Assembly (NCBI GenBank): GCA_963771175.1
Contig: CAVYSY010000001.1
Coordinates: 1 to 64,000 of the forward strand
From: an uncultured delta proteobacterium
GTDB lineage: Bacteria; Myxococcota; Myxococcia; Myxococcales; Myxococcaceae
DNA: 64,000 nt
Direction: 5' to 3'
Part shown: positions 49,971 to 61,980 of the stretch, piece after piece
Numbering within the stretch: position 1 is the first letter of the stretch
Layout: each line of letters starts with the position of its first letter
Translations under genes and position numbers: made by a program
Notes under the pieces: model-generated
Told to the model about the DNA's origin: nothing
The model's input: the letters and a program-made list of their open reading frames with translations, nothing else
Database searches by the model: none

Positions 49971-49978
49971 GGCTGCTT

Positions 49979-51569
49979 TCAAGGCAGGCTGTAGAGCACC
50001 CCATATGGCGGAGAGATGCTGCTGTCCGCGGGGAGTGACGGCGGGGGCAGACCGCCAACGGTGTCGAGCCAGCCCATCGCACCTTGATCCTCATGCTCGA
50101 GGATGTGGCAGTGCATGATGGTGCGCCCCTCGTAGACGGTGCTCGTGGCGGCGTTCAGATCGAAGCGCACCGAGCAAGCCGACGTCAGCGTGTCGTAGTA
50201 CTCGCCGTTCTCGAAGGAGCCCGAACAGTTCTGCGCCTGGAAGTGGTAGACGTGCAGGTGGAAGGGGTGCTGCGTATTGCCCGAGACGCTCCACTCCTGC
50301 ACCTTGTCGGCGGGCAGCGTGAAGGTCGGGACGTCGTGGTCGAACGCCGTGCCGTTGAGAGTGCGCGCGCCCATGCGGACACTCGTCACGTTCAGTGCGG
50401 AGCTGGGCACACCGCGCAGATCGCGCAGGTAGGCAGGACGGAGCGCCGACCAGGTCGATGCCACTGCTGCCCTGGCTGTACGGGCCGACGGTCGTGTTGC
50501 CGGCCCCGTTCGACGTAGATGTTCGCGATGGTGGTGCCGTTGATGGTGAGGGTCGAGTCGTTGGTGCAGCGCACCGCGAGGTCGGCGCGCGAGGCGCCGG
50601 TGAGGCTGATCGAGCCGGTCGAGAGCACCTTGGGGGCGGTCGTGCGCCACACACCGTCGCGCGCGAGCAGCGCGACCTCGCAGTTGGAGCCGACCCCGAC
50701 GGTCTTCTCCGTCGCGGAGCGATCGGCGAGCAGGACGCGCCAGTGCTGCCACTCGTTCGCGGGAGCGCAGAAGGCGCCCTGCACCAGTCCGTTGACGGTC
50801 CAGGTCGGGCTCAAGCGTGCCGCTCATCAACGTGTCGCCGCCGGTGCCGGCCGCGCCGGGATCGAGATAGGCGATCACGAGCTGGCGCTCGGTCATGGCG
50901 GCGACGTTCGCGGGGATGCCGTCGTTGCCGTCGTCGATGAGCATCTGGCCGAAGGCGCCGCCGGAGACCTGGAGGATAGGTCGAGCCGTGGTGGTGCGCG
51001 TGGTACCAGTAGGTGCCGCCCATGTGGTCGGCCGGGATGTCGTAGACGAAGTCGCCGCCGAAGCCGCCCTCGAAGGAACGGCTCACGTCGTCGCTGGGAG
51101 ACTCGCCCGAGATGTGCAGCCCGTGGGTGTGCACGTTGCTGACGTTCGGGTCCTTGAACACGTTCATGGCCGAGCTGGCCGGCTGGTACGGCAACCTGTT
51201 GTGGAAGCGCAGCACGTACTTGTTGCCGGGCTGCATCTTGATGGTCGGACCCGGAATCGAGGGGGCGGTGCCGGCCTGCCGGTACGCGCGCGTGGTGAGC
51301 GTCTGGCCACCGATGAGGAACGACGCCGCGCCCATCTCCAGCGTGCCGCTGTAGTAGGCGGTCGGATTGGTGTCCGACGGGGCGTGGTAGGTCCACTGGA
51401 ACTGGGGCGGATCGGTGATCACGTTCGTCGCCGGGCACACGGTGAGTGACCCGGAGCCGCGGCTCGCCAGTCCCTGGCTCTCGTTGTTGCATCCGGTCAG
51501 GCAGAGCGTACCGAGAATCGCGATGGCGCTCGTACGAGCCGCCAGTTCAACCGATGGGCTTCGCTTCAT
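49979..51569 (-). CDS. multicopper oxidase (laccase-like) lipoprotein (frameshifted)
   Basis: All four Cu motifs: HTHG, WYHAH, HPFHLH and HCHILEHEDQGAM. Lipobox LTGC. Confidence 0.92.
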
Positions 51570-51625
51570 GTTCGTCTCTCTTTGTCTAGAGGCGGTTCGG
51601 TAGGGAAGGAGTTGCCGCGGATCTT

Positions 51626-52153
51626 CTACCAGCAGGGTCCTGGCGTGCCGCTCGGGCATGTGGTCGTCGCGTCTGTCCTCGCTCCGTCCAGGAGCGCGTC
51701 TTTCAGCACGGCGTTCGTCAGCCTGGTGCCTTCGAGGTTGGCGCCGGTCAGGTTGGCGCCGGTCAGGTCGACACTCGTCAAGTTCGCGCCGGCCAGGTCC
51801 GCGCCCGCGAGGCTTGCATGGCTCAGCACCGCCTTGAACAGGTCGGCACCCACGAGGTTGGCACCCGTCAAGTCAGCGTTGCTCAGGTTCGAGCGGCGCA
51901 TGCTCGTGCCGTCCAGGTTCGCACTGACCAGCCGGCATTCTCGAAGGTCGGGGTTCAACTCGAGCCAGTTGCCGGCATCGCACGGCTCGGTCGCAACGTC
52001 TCGCACCCCGGTGTCGTGACCATCATGCTGCCCGGCGTCATCGACAGGGTCGTGCTCATGTGTCGGGTCCCCGAGCTCGCCGGCGGAACCACAGGCCCCC
52101 AGCGCAAGTGCCAGCACGACGACGTACGGATGCACGGGTCTTTTTACGATCAC
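51626..52153 (-). CDS. pentapeptide-repeat lipoprotein (start uncertain)
   Basis: Lipobox LGAC and A(D/N)LxG pentapeptide repeats. Confidence 0.85.
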   Translation of the reverse strand: MIVKRPVHPYVVVLALALGACGSAGELGDPTHEHDPVDDAGQHDGHDTGVRDVATEPCDAGNWLELNPDLRECRLVSANLDGTSMRRSNLSNADLTGANLVGADLFKAVLSHASLAGADLAGANLTSVDLTGANLTGANLEGTRLTNAVLKDALLDGARTDATTTCPSGTPGPCW

Positions 52154-52178
52154 TTAAAAATTGTATTAGAAGTAGACC

Positions 52179-52850
52179 GTGAATAGCAAGGAAGTGCTGG
52201 CTGGTGCCTTCCCGGACACCGTGGCTGTCGCGACGGCAGCGCGCCAGCGCCACGGGCTCAAGCGCGGCCACACCGCTTCGACGTGGTTGCCCGACATCCT
52301 CGCGCGTGCGCCGGTCAAGGTGAGGGCAGGGGACATCCTCTACGCACAGCGGAAGACCGGCGAGGTGTGGCTGGAGGGATCGGGTCAGTTTCCCGTGGTC
52401 ATCCACGACGGTGAGAAGTTCCTGGGACTGGAGCCCTCGCCGGCCCTCGATGTGGCGCGGGCCTCGGAGCACGTCACCCTCTGGCTCAAGCGTGGCGATC
52501 TGTTCCTGGAGATCGAGCGCTTCGAGGCCATCGTGCAGGTGCACGCGGGCTACAACAACGGAAGCAAGACGACGCTTCGCTTCGCCTTCGACAGCACGGA
52601 TGCGACCGCGCGGGCGGTGCGGCGACTGGAGGCCCGCTACACGGGGGACTTCCTCCGCGTCACGACTGAGCTTCCTGGCCGGGGCCCCTGGAGCGAGAGC
52701 TTTCCAAGTACGCCAACGGGACGTCCGAGTACACGTCGGCCATCATCAAGGGGGCGACGCTCGTGACGAGGGATGGCGCGAGCAAGACCTTCGACGACGA
52801 GGCCTCCGCGCTGCTGGCGCTCGAAGATTGGCTCGCCGGGAGGACTCGCC
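52179..52850 (+). CDS. hypothetical protein fragment (frameshifted)
   Basis: Long ORF with coding-like composition and no recognisable motif. Boundaries uncertain. Confidence 0.35.
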
Positions 52851-52936
52851 TGGCGACTGCCTCCCACCGGACGCAAGTGGCAGGCCCGTGGCACCTGTGC
52901 GAACCTCCGCCGGCAGCACCTGCCCACGAGCGCACC

Positions 52937-53989
52937 ATGGCCTCGGAAGACAACCTCCAGCAACGGCTCGAGAAGCTCGGCCGCACCATCCTCCAGGAAG
53001 TGGAGGAGTGGGAGCAGACGACGCGCGGCAGCCGCCGCAAGGCGATGGAGCAGTTCTCGCGGACGGTGGAGCGGAAAATCGAGCAGGCGCTCGACAAGGA
53101 GAAGCGCAAGGAGGAACGGCGCGAGCGCCAGCGCCGGCAGCGTGAGGAGCACCGCGAGCGCCAGCGGCAGCAGGCGTCCATTCCCGGGGGCCTCTTCTTC
53201 CTGATGATGGCCCTGGTGTGCCTGGGCTTCGCCGTCTCCCGGCCCGAGCTGTGGTGGATGGTCTTCGTCGCGCTCGGCCTGGGGAGCGCCGGGGCGCGGC
53301 AACTCCACCTCGCGAGCGAGCGGCGGAGGCTGGAGCGGAGCCCCCGGGAGGAGCCAGCGGAGCTCGTGGCGCGGACGAAGCCGGAGGCGGCGGCGGCCCC
53401 CGAGCAGGCCGCGAGCCCCCATGAGGTGGACGTGCTATGCGACCAGCTCCTGGCCGACCTGGCGCGCAGCCCGGAGGCCGTGCGCGGCTTCCTCGATGAG
53501 CCGGAGAAGACAGTCGAGTCCCTGAGGCAGACGTGCCGTGCGCTCGACGAGCGGCGGCGACAGCTCGTCGCCGAGAGCCCTCCCGAGCGGTTGGAGTCTC
53601 TGCGGGCCCAGCGCACCGAGCTGCTCCGCAAGCACGCGGCCACCACCGACGCGGAGACGCGGCGCAGGCTGGATGACGCCGTGCACTCGTTGGAGGGCCA
53701 GCTCTCGGCACTGCAGCGGCTCCAGCAGCGCGCCGAGCGCGTGGATGGCGAGTACACCTCGCTGTTCGTGCTGCTGCAGGAGCTGCGCACACGTGTCTCG
53801 CTGGCCAGGAGCGCGGGCACCACCACGCAGATTGAAGGGCTGCGGCAGAGCGTGCACCGGCTCAACACCGAGCTGGATGCCATCACCGAGGCGCTCGACA
53901 CCGTGCAGCGAGAGGGGCTTCCACCCATCGCCGATATCATCGGCGAGGACACGGGCGGCCGCCCCGGGCGCGACCGCGAGCGCTCCTGA
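52937..53989 (+). CDS. membrane protein with two TM helices and long coiled coils
   Basis: Charged helical N-terminus, GGLFFLMMALVCLGFA / WWMVFVALGLG, coiled-coil C-terminus. Confidence 0.75.
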   Translation: MASEDNLQQRLEKLGRTILQEVEEWEQTTRGSRRKAMEQFSRTVERKIEQALDKEKRKEERRERQRRQREEHRERQRQQASIPGGLFFLMMALVCLGFAVSRPELWWMVFVALGLGSAGARQLHLASERRRLERSPREEPAELVARTKPEAAAAPEQAASPHEVDVLCDQLLADLARSPEAVRGFLDEPEKTVESLRQTCRALDERRRQLVAESPPERLESLRAQRTELLRKHAATTDAETRRRLDDAVHSLEGQLSALQRLQQRAERVDGEYTSLFVLLQELRTRVSLARSAGTTTQIEGLRQSVHRLNTELDAITEALDTVQREGLPPIADIIGEDTGGRPGRDRERS

Positions 53990-54132
53990 CGGTTCGATTC
54001 CCCCGACGACGAGGAGCTGCTCCTGCGCCAGCTCTTCCCGCGCAACACCTCGGCCGCGAAGCTCCGGACCGTGCCGCTCACCGGCGGGGTGAGTCTCCGG
54101 CGTGGAGACATTCTGGAGACGCGCCGGAGCCC

Positions 54133-54188
54133 AAAAACACCGAGGCCGGAAACCCCTGATTGCTCAGCGGCTTCCGGCCTCGGCTTTT
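54133..54188. terminator. hairpin downstream of the tRNA-Lys/Glu pair (probable intrinsic terminator)
   Basis: Stem ccgaggccggaa...ttccggcctcgg flanked by an A-run and a T-run. Confidence 0.75.
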
Positions 54189-54189
54189 G

Positions 54190-54262
54190 TGTCCCCGACG
54201 GGATTCGAACCCGTGTTACCGGCTTGAAAGGCCAGCGTCCTGGGCCTCTAGACGACGGGGAC
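54190..54262 (-). tRNA. tRNA-Glu (TTC)
   Basis: Minus strand GTCCCCG TCGTCTAGAGGCCCAGGAC..CTGGC CT TTC AA GCCGG..GGTTCGAATCC..CGGGGAC A. Confidence 0.95.
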
Positions 54263-54267
54263 CTCTG

Positions 54268-54340
<73 letters not shown>

Positions 54341-54526
54341 GCACTATTCTTTTTTGGTGGCCGGCCGGTTTTCGCAACTCCCCGGCGTCCGGGCGCTCTC
54401 TACCAGCACTTCTTTCCGACTTCTACTGGCGATCGCACCCCCCTGTTCCTGACGGCCACCGGACAACGGCCCGCCCCCACGCCTCCTTCCTTCCGCCACC
54501 CGGTGGAGGCGCTTATACAGGGGTCC

Positions 54527-55096
54527 ATGGGTCGAGACGTCCGGAATTCCGAGGAAGCCCCCCAGGAGAACGACGAGCTGGAGCTGGAGGGTGGGGAAGA
54601 GGAGGAGGAGAAGGGCCCCTCTGGCCACCGTCGCTACCTCACCCGAACGGGGGCCGAGCGCATGCACAAGGAACTGCTGCGCCTGCTCAACGAGGAGCGT
54701 CCCAAGGTCACCGCCGAGGTGTCCGCCGCCGCCGCTCAGGGCGACCGCTCGGAGAACGCCGAGTACATCTACGGCAAGAAGCGCCTGCGGGAGATCGACC
54801 GGCGCATCCGCTTCCTCCAGAAGCGCCTGGACACCGCCACCATCGTCGCGCCCTCCGAGCAGACCGACACCTCGCATGTCTACTTCGGCGCCACCGTCAC
54901 TCTCGAGGACGAGGATGGGGCACGGATGACCTACCAGATCGTCGGCTCGGACGAGATCGACACCGCGGGGGGCCGCATCAGCGTGGAGTCGCCCATCGCG
55001 CGCGCCCTGCTGCGCAAGAAGGTGGGGGACTCCGTCGAGGTGGTGCGCCCTCGCGGCGAGATCGAGTACACGATCGTCCAGATTCGTTACGTGTAG
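54527..55096 (+). CDS. greB: transcription elongation factor GreB
   Basis: AAAQGDRSENAEYIYGKKRLREIDRRIRFL, VYFGATV and ISVESPIARALL. Confidence 0.95.
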   Translation: MGRDVRNSEEAPQENDELELEGGEEEEEKGPSGHRRYLTRTGAERMHKELLRLLNEERPKVTAEVSAAAAQGDRSENAEYIYGKKRLREIDRRIRFLQKRLDTATIVAPSEQTDTSHVYFGATVTLEDEDGARMTYQIVGSDEIDTAGGRISVESPIARALLRKKVGDSVEVVRPRGEIEYTIVQIRYV

Positions 55097-55375
55097 CCGG
55101 AGATGGGCCCTCCGGAGGTCCGCCCCCTTGCCACCCTGGAGTGTCGCTCGGGCGACATTTGGGCGTTAGAGAGTGAGCCCGGGGCCAGGAGGCGTTCGGG
55201 ACTCCGCTTGTTAGCGCGTGCGTCAACATCCCAATCAGGCCGGGGAGGCTGCCTACGTGGGATGCCCGTCCTATAATGGGGTTGGCAGTCAGACGCAGTA
55301 GCGGTCCGTCAGTCGGAGTCCCGTCGCACGGTCGGTTCCAGCGGTCGCACCCATTCCGAGGTGGCGCTCCACACG

Positions 55376-56700
55376 ATGCGAAAGAACTTCATCCTCGACA
55401 CCAACGTCCTGCTCCACGACCCGCGCTCGATCTACGGCTTCAAAGAGCACAACGTCATCATCCCCATCTACGTCATCGAGGAGATCGATCAGTTCAAGCG
55501 CGATCTCTCCGAGCTGGGACGCAACGCGCGCCTGGTGGCGCGCTACCTGGACTCGTTCCGGGAGGAAGGATCCCTGAAGGACGGCGTGAAGCTGCCCCAT
55601 GGCGGCCTGCTGCGCGTGTGCTTCACCGAGAGGGACCTGCCGCTCGTCCATGGCGGACAGCAACCTGATGGACAACCGCATCCTCGCGGTGGCCATCGAC
55701 CTGATGGAGCGCGAGCCCCAGTCCCCGGCCGTCTTCATCACCAAGGACACCAACCTCCGCATCCGCGCGGACGCGCTGGGGCTGATCGCCGAGGACTACG
55801 ACGCCGAGCGGGTGGAGATCACCGAGCTCTACACGGGCTTCACCGAGCGCCTGGTCCCTCGCGAGCTGGTCGACCAGATGTACAAGCCCACCGCCGAGGT
55901 GGAGCTCTCCGGGCAGGACAAGCTCTCGCCGCACCAGTTCATCCTGCTCAAGGACGAGACCAACCCCTCGCACACCGCCATGGGCCGCTTCAACGCCACC
56001 CGGGGCCGGGTGGTGCCGCTGCTGCGCGGCATGAAGAGCGAGGGGGTGTGGGGGGTCCGCCCGCGCAACATGGAGCAGAGCTTCGCCCTGGACCTGCTGA
56101 TGAATGACGAGATCAAGCTCGTCACCATCGTGGGCAAGGCGGGCACGGGCAAGACGCTGCTCGCCATCGCCGCGGGGCTCCACAAGGTGACCGAGGAGGG
56201 CACCTACCAGAAGCTGCTCGTCAGCCGGCCCGTGTTCCCGCTCGGCCGGGACATCGGCTACCTGCCGGGCACCCTGGAAGAGAAGATGAACCCCTGGATG
56301 CAGCCCATCTTCGACAACGTGGAGTTCCTGATGAACCTCAGCCGCGCCGACAAGAAGGCCGGCCGGGGCTACCACGAGCTCATCGACCTGGGGCTGATGG
56401 AGATCGAGGCGCTCACCTACATCCGCGGGCGCAGCATCCCCAACCAGTACATCATCATCGACGAGGCCCAGAACCTCACGCCCCACGAGGTGAAGACGAT
56501 CATCACCCGCGTGGGCGACAACACGAAAATCATTCTCACCGGGCGACCCGTTCCAGATCGACAACCCGTACGTGGACGCGACCAACAACGGACTCGTCCA
56601 CGTGGTCAACCGGTTCAAGAACGAGAAGATCGCGGGCCACATCACCATGGCCAAGGGCGAGCGCAGCGCCCTGGCCGAGCTCGCGGCCAACCTGCTCTAG
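55376..56700 (+). CDS. PIN domain + PhoH ATPase (PhoH2/YlaK-like) (frameshifted)
   Basis: FILDTNVLLHDP, DNRIL, GKAGTGKT, IGYLPG, YIRGRS and IIDEAQNLT. Confidence 0.92.
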
Positions 56701-56727
56701 GCCCCTGCGCCGCCCGAGGAAGCAGTC

Positions 56728-57045
56728 ATGAGTGGAGACGGTAAGGGAGAAGTTCTCACCACCAGCACCGGCGACGGCCAGGAGAACAAGCCGCTCATCG
56801 AGTATCCCACCGTCTACACCTTCAAGGTCATGGGTCGGCAGGAGGCGGACTTCCTGGAGTACGTCCGGGAGTTGTTCCGGGCGCTCATGGGGACGGAGAT
56901 TTCCTCGGATTCCATCCGGGAGCAGCCCAGCAGCAAGGGCACCTACGTCTCCGTGAGCGTATCGGTGTACCTGCTGTCCGAGGAGCACCGCCGCTCCATC
57001 TATACCCGGCTCCGCCAGGAGCAGCGGGTCGTCTACTACCTCTGA
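56728..57045 (+). CDS. DUF493 / YbeD family protein
   Basis: LIEYPTVYTFKVMG and PSSKGTYVSVSV. Confidence 0.88.
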   Translation: MSGDGKGEVLTTSTGDGQENKPLIEYPTVYTFKVMGRQEADFLEYVRELFRALMGTEISSDSIREQPSSKGTYVSVSVSVYLLSEEHRRSIYTRLRQEQRVVYYL

Positions 57046-57127
57046 GGATGGCCCCCCTCCGGATGGCCCCTCGGTGCGTCAGGGGGAAGTGGCGATCCCC
57101 GGGGGGGCAGTGTAGAAGAGGCTACCC

Positions 57128-57886
57128 ATGAGTCTGGCCGAGCCCTTCCCGCTCTACTTCCCTGGTGATGCTCGGCGTCCCTTCTGCTCCGATGCTGCCA
57201 TCCGGCGCTTCGCGAAGGTGGCGCAACTGGAGGAGGGCGGGCGTGTGCTGGAGCTCGGCTGCGGGCCCGCTGGCTCGGCGAGCGTGCTGCTGGCCCAGGA
57301 GTTCGGCTGCTCGGTGGTGGCAGCGGACTCGGACGAGGCGCTGGTCTCCCGCATGCGCGAGCGCATCTACTCGCTCGCGCTGGATGGGCGCGTCGAGGTG
57401 CGGCGCGTGGACTTCAACAAGCCCGGCTTTCGCGAGGGCCAGTTCGACGCCATCCTCTGCTCGGGCCGGGTGCTGATGGGGCTCTCCGACGCGCTGGGCA
57501 CGCTGCGGCCCCTGCTGGCCCGCAATGGTCGCGTGGGCCTCACCTTCCCGGTGCGGGTGGGCCGGGTGACGCCTCGTGCGGTGCTCGAGTTCTGGGAGCG
57601 TCGCCTGGGGGCTCCGTTGATGCTCCCCCGCGAGCTGCTCCAACAGGTGGCGCAGTCCGGCTTCGAGCCGGAGTCCGTCGAGTCCCTCCAGGACGCGGAG
57701 CTGGACACCTTCTACCGGGAGCTCGAGCCCCACCTCGCCAAGGCCCCGCCCGAGCAGGGGAGCTGGCTGCGCGAGGAGATGGCCCTGCACCGGGAGAACG
57801 GCAAGGCCACCGCGAGCTACGCGTTCCTCGTGGGTCGCCGCAAGGAGTCCGGGGAGCGGCCTCCGGCCACTCGCGACCGCGGGTAG
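57128..57886 (+). CDS. class I SAM-dependent methyltransferase
   Basis: RVLELGCGP and GQFDAILC. Confidence 0.85.
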   Translation: MSLAEPFPLYFPGDARRPFCSDAAIRRFAKVAQLEEGGRVLELGCGPAGSASVLLAQEFGCSVVAADSDEALVSRMRERIYSLALDGRVEVRRVDFNKPGFREGQFDAILCSGRVLMGLSDALGTLRPLLARNGRVGLTFPVRVGRVTPRAVLEFWERRLGAPLMLPRELLQQVAQSGFEPESVESLQDAELDTFYRELEPHLAKAPPEQGSWLREEMALHRENGKATASYAFLVGRRKESGERPPATRDRG

Positions 57887-57977
57887 TTCGCCAGCACGGC
57901 GGCCCGTGGCGGAGCGCCTCGCCTCGGCCCTCTCCCAGCGAGAGAGAGGGCCTGGGGGCGCCCGCGGGGGAGGGCAC

Positions 57978-59069
57978 TCAGTGCATCGCGCCGTGGAAGT
58001 CCAGCAACTCCACCGTCTCGGGGGCCACGCTCAGCTTCACTTCCTCGCGGTAGCCCGCCGCGTCCCCGCCAATCTGGAAGGGCATCGCCCTGGCGAAGCG
58101 GATGTGGATCTCCTGCGCGTAGAAGTCCTGGATGCCCTCGGGGAACCAGCGGCCCGCCCACAGCTTCGGCAGGTTCGCCAGGATGTTCGGCACGGGGAGC
58201 TGGCCCAGGCGGAGCTGCATCATCCCCCGGCGCGCCCCCGCGAAGGGGAACATCCGGAAGCCGTACCCGTAGAAGGGCATCGTCGCCGCTGCCGCCATCA
58301 TCAGCCGGCCCTTGAAGATCGTCTGTCCCGGAGCGATGGGCGTGCCCATCGGGTTGCCATCCGGCCCCACCCGGTACGCATCACCGGCCCGGCCGTTGGT
58401 GATCTCGCAGTCCACCCACGTCGAGTTCGTCAGGTAGTGCGGCATCGTCTTGAAGGCCACCGCCGAGAAGTAGCCGCCCGGGCCCGACATCAGCGTCTTG
58501 AGCATCCCCTTGCCCAGGTTGCTCTTCACCCAGATGTAGTCGTTGAGCAGCTTCCCATCCACGCCCAGGCCCGCGAAGGGCGCGCGCTGGCCGTCCACCT
58601 GCAGCAGATCCATCCGCCGGTAGCCCGGCACCTCGCCGGCGCGGGCGCGCACCACGTCCTGGAGGATGCCATCCTTCCCCGTGCCGGCGTTCACGTACGT
58701 GGCCAGGCCGTTACCCGTGCCCAGCTTCAGCACGCCGAAGCGCGGCGCCCGCTTGCCAGCGAAGCGGCCTCGCGGCTCGAGCTGGCGGAACACCTCGTTC
58801 ACGAAGCACTGGAAGGTGCCGTCGCCGCCCCCGGTGAACACCATCGGGTAGTTGCGCTCCAGCACCGTCTGGACGATGCGCCGGCAGTCCAGCTCCGAGC
58901 GCGACAGGAAGAGGTCCTGCTCCGGCACCACGTGCGAGAGCGACTTCACCATCCGGGCATCCACCCGGCGCGCGTTGGCGTTCAAAAGTACCGCGACCTT
59001 GTGCTCGGGTGCGCCGGAGACGGACGGAACCTGTCGGGGATCCACGGACCGAAGCGGCTGTACCAGCAT
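57978..59069 (-). CDS. diacylglycerol/lipid kinase family protein
   Basis: LLNANA, GGGDGT, LKLGTGNGLA, AGLGVDG and FQIGGD. Confidence 0.88.
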   Translation of the reverse strand: MLVQPLRSVDPRQVPSVSGAPEHKVAVLLNANARRVDARMVKSLSHVVPEQDLFLSRSELDCRRIVQTVLERNYPMVFTGGGDGTFQCFVNEVFRQLEPRGRFAGKRAPRFGVLKLGTGNGLATYVNAGTGKDGILQDVVRARAGEVPGYRRMDLLQVDGQRAPFAGLGVDGKLLNDYIWVKSNLGKGMLKTLMSGPGGYFSAVAFKTMPHYLTNSTWVDCEITNGRAGDAYRVGPDGNPMGTPIAPGQTIFKGRLMMAAAATMPFYGYGFRMFPFAGARRGMMQLRLGQLPVPNILANLPKLWAGRWFPEGIQDFYAQEIHIRFARAMPFQIGGDAAGYREEVKLSVAPETVELLDFHGAMH

Positions 59070-59313
59070 AGAGGGCTGCCTCCAAGGGGGTAGGGGCATG
59101 TCGTTGCCGCGTGACGGCAACGTGCCTCCCGCCCAGTGCACATTCCCAGCCAAGGGCTGACGCGAGGCGTTATCCTGGCCCACTCCGAATAATTCCAGGG
59201 GGTTGGCGCGTTCGCTTTTGATCGCCCGTCCGGTTGGTTGCTACCGGACGGTGGCGGGGGTGGAGAGCGCGTTACGCACCCGTAGCAGCCCGGTGGCGCG
59301 TTCGTGACGCGGT

Positions 59314-61327
<2,014 letters not shown>

Positions 61328-61348
61328 CGGAGTGACAGGGTAGGACCC

Positions 61349-61393
61349 AAGGGCCGGCGCTTCCGCGAGGGAGTGTCCGGCCCTTCCTCTTTT
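61349..61393 (+). terminator. probable intrinsic terminator after dnaK
   Basis: Stem aagggccgg-cgcttcc...gggagtgt-ccggccctt followed by cctctttt. Confidence 0.6.
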
Positions 61394-61467
61394 CAGGACA
61401 CCCGGGGCCCGGCCGCATATGAAGGAGGTGTGGCCCGGATGAGCGGGCACACGGCGGAAGGAGACCC

Positions 61468-61875
61468 ATGAAGGCGCTGACAACGACGCCCCCGGGGCAT
61501 GACGTCATCCTGTACGACGGGCACTGCCGCCTGTGCCGAGGCGCCGCGAAGCAGTTCGAGCGGCTGCTGGGTGGCAGTGGAACCGAGCTGCGCTCGTTTC
61601 GGGACGAGGGGGTGCTGGCCGCGTTCCCCGGCATCTCACCTGATCGGTGCGAGAAGGGGATTCAGCTCGTCCAGCCGGACGGGCGGGTCTTCGAGGGCGC
61701 TGAGGCCGTAGTGCAGGCGCTGGGGCGCAGGCCGCTCGGAAAGCTGCTCTTCGTCTACTACGTACCGGGATTGCGGCAGGTGGCGGACTGGCTCTACGGC
61801 CTCATCGCCCGCTATCGCTTCCGCATCGCGGGGCGGACCTGCCCGGACGGGGCGTGTGCCGTGCACTTCAAGTAG
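61468..61875 (+). CDS. DCC1-like thiol-disulfide oxidoreductase (DUF393)
   Basis: ILYDGHCRLC and DWLYGLIARYRFRIAG. Confidence 0.9.
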   Translation: MKALTTTPPGHDVILYDGHCRLCRGAAKQFERLLGGSGTELRSFRDEGVLAAFPGISPDRCEKGIQLVQPDGRVFEGAEAVVQALGRRPLGKLLFVYYVPGLRQVADWLYGLIARYRFRIAGRTCPDGACAVHFK

Positions 61876-61980
61876 ACGGCGGGAAATCGGTCCGTTCGTG
61901 GGCATGGGCGGTGCCAGCCCTTCAAATAGAGCGGTGGTGGGGGCTACGATGGGTCCTCCTGTCCCAGCCTGTGACCGCCC

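Noticed and set aside
26759..54262. One 27 kb genomic island bounded by tRNA-Glu repeats
   Set aside because: The copies are inverted rather than direct, no integrase lies between them, and continuity of the interval is unproven.
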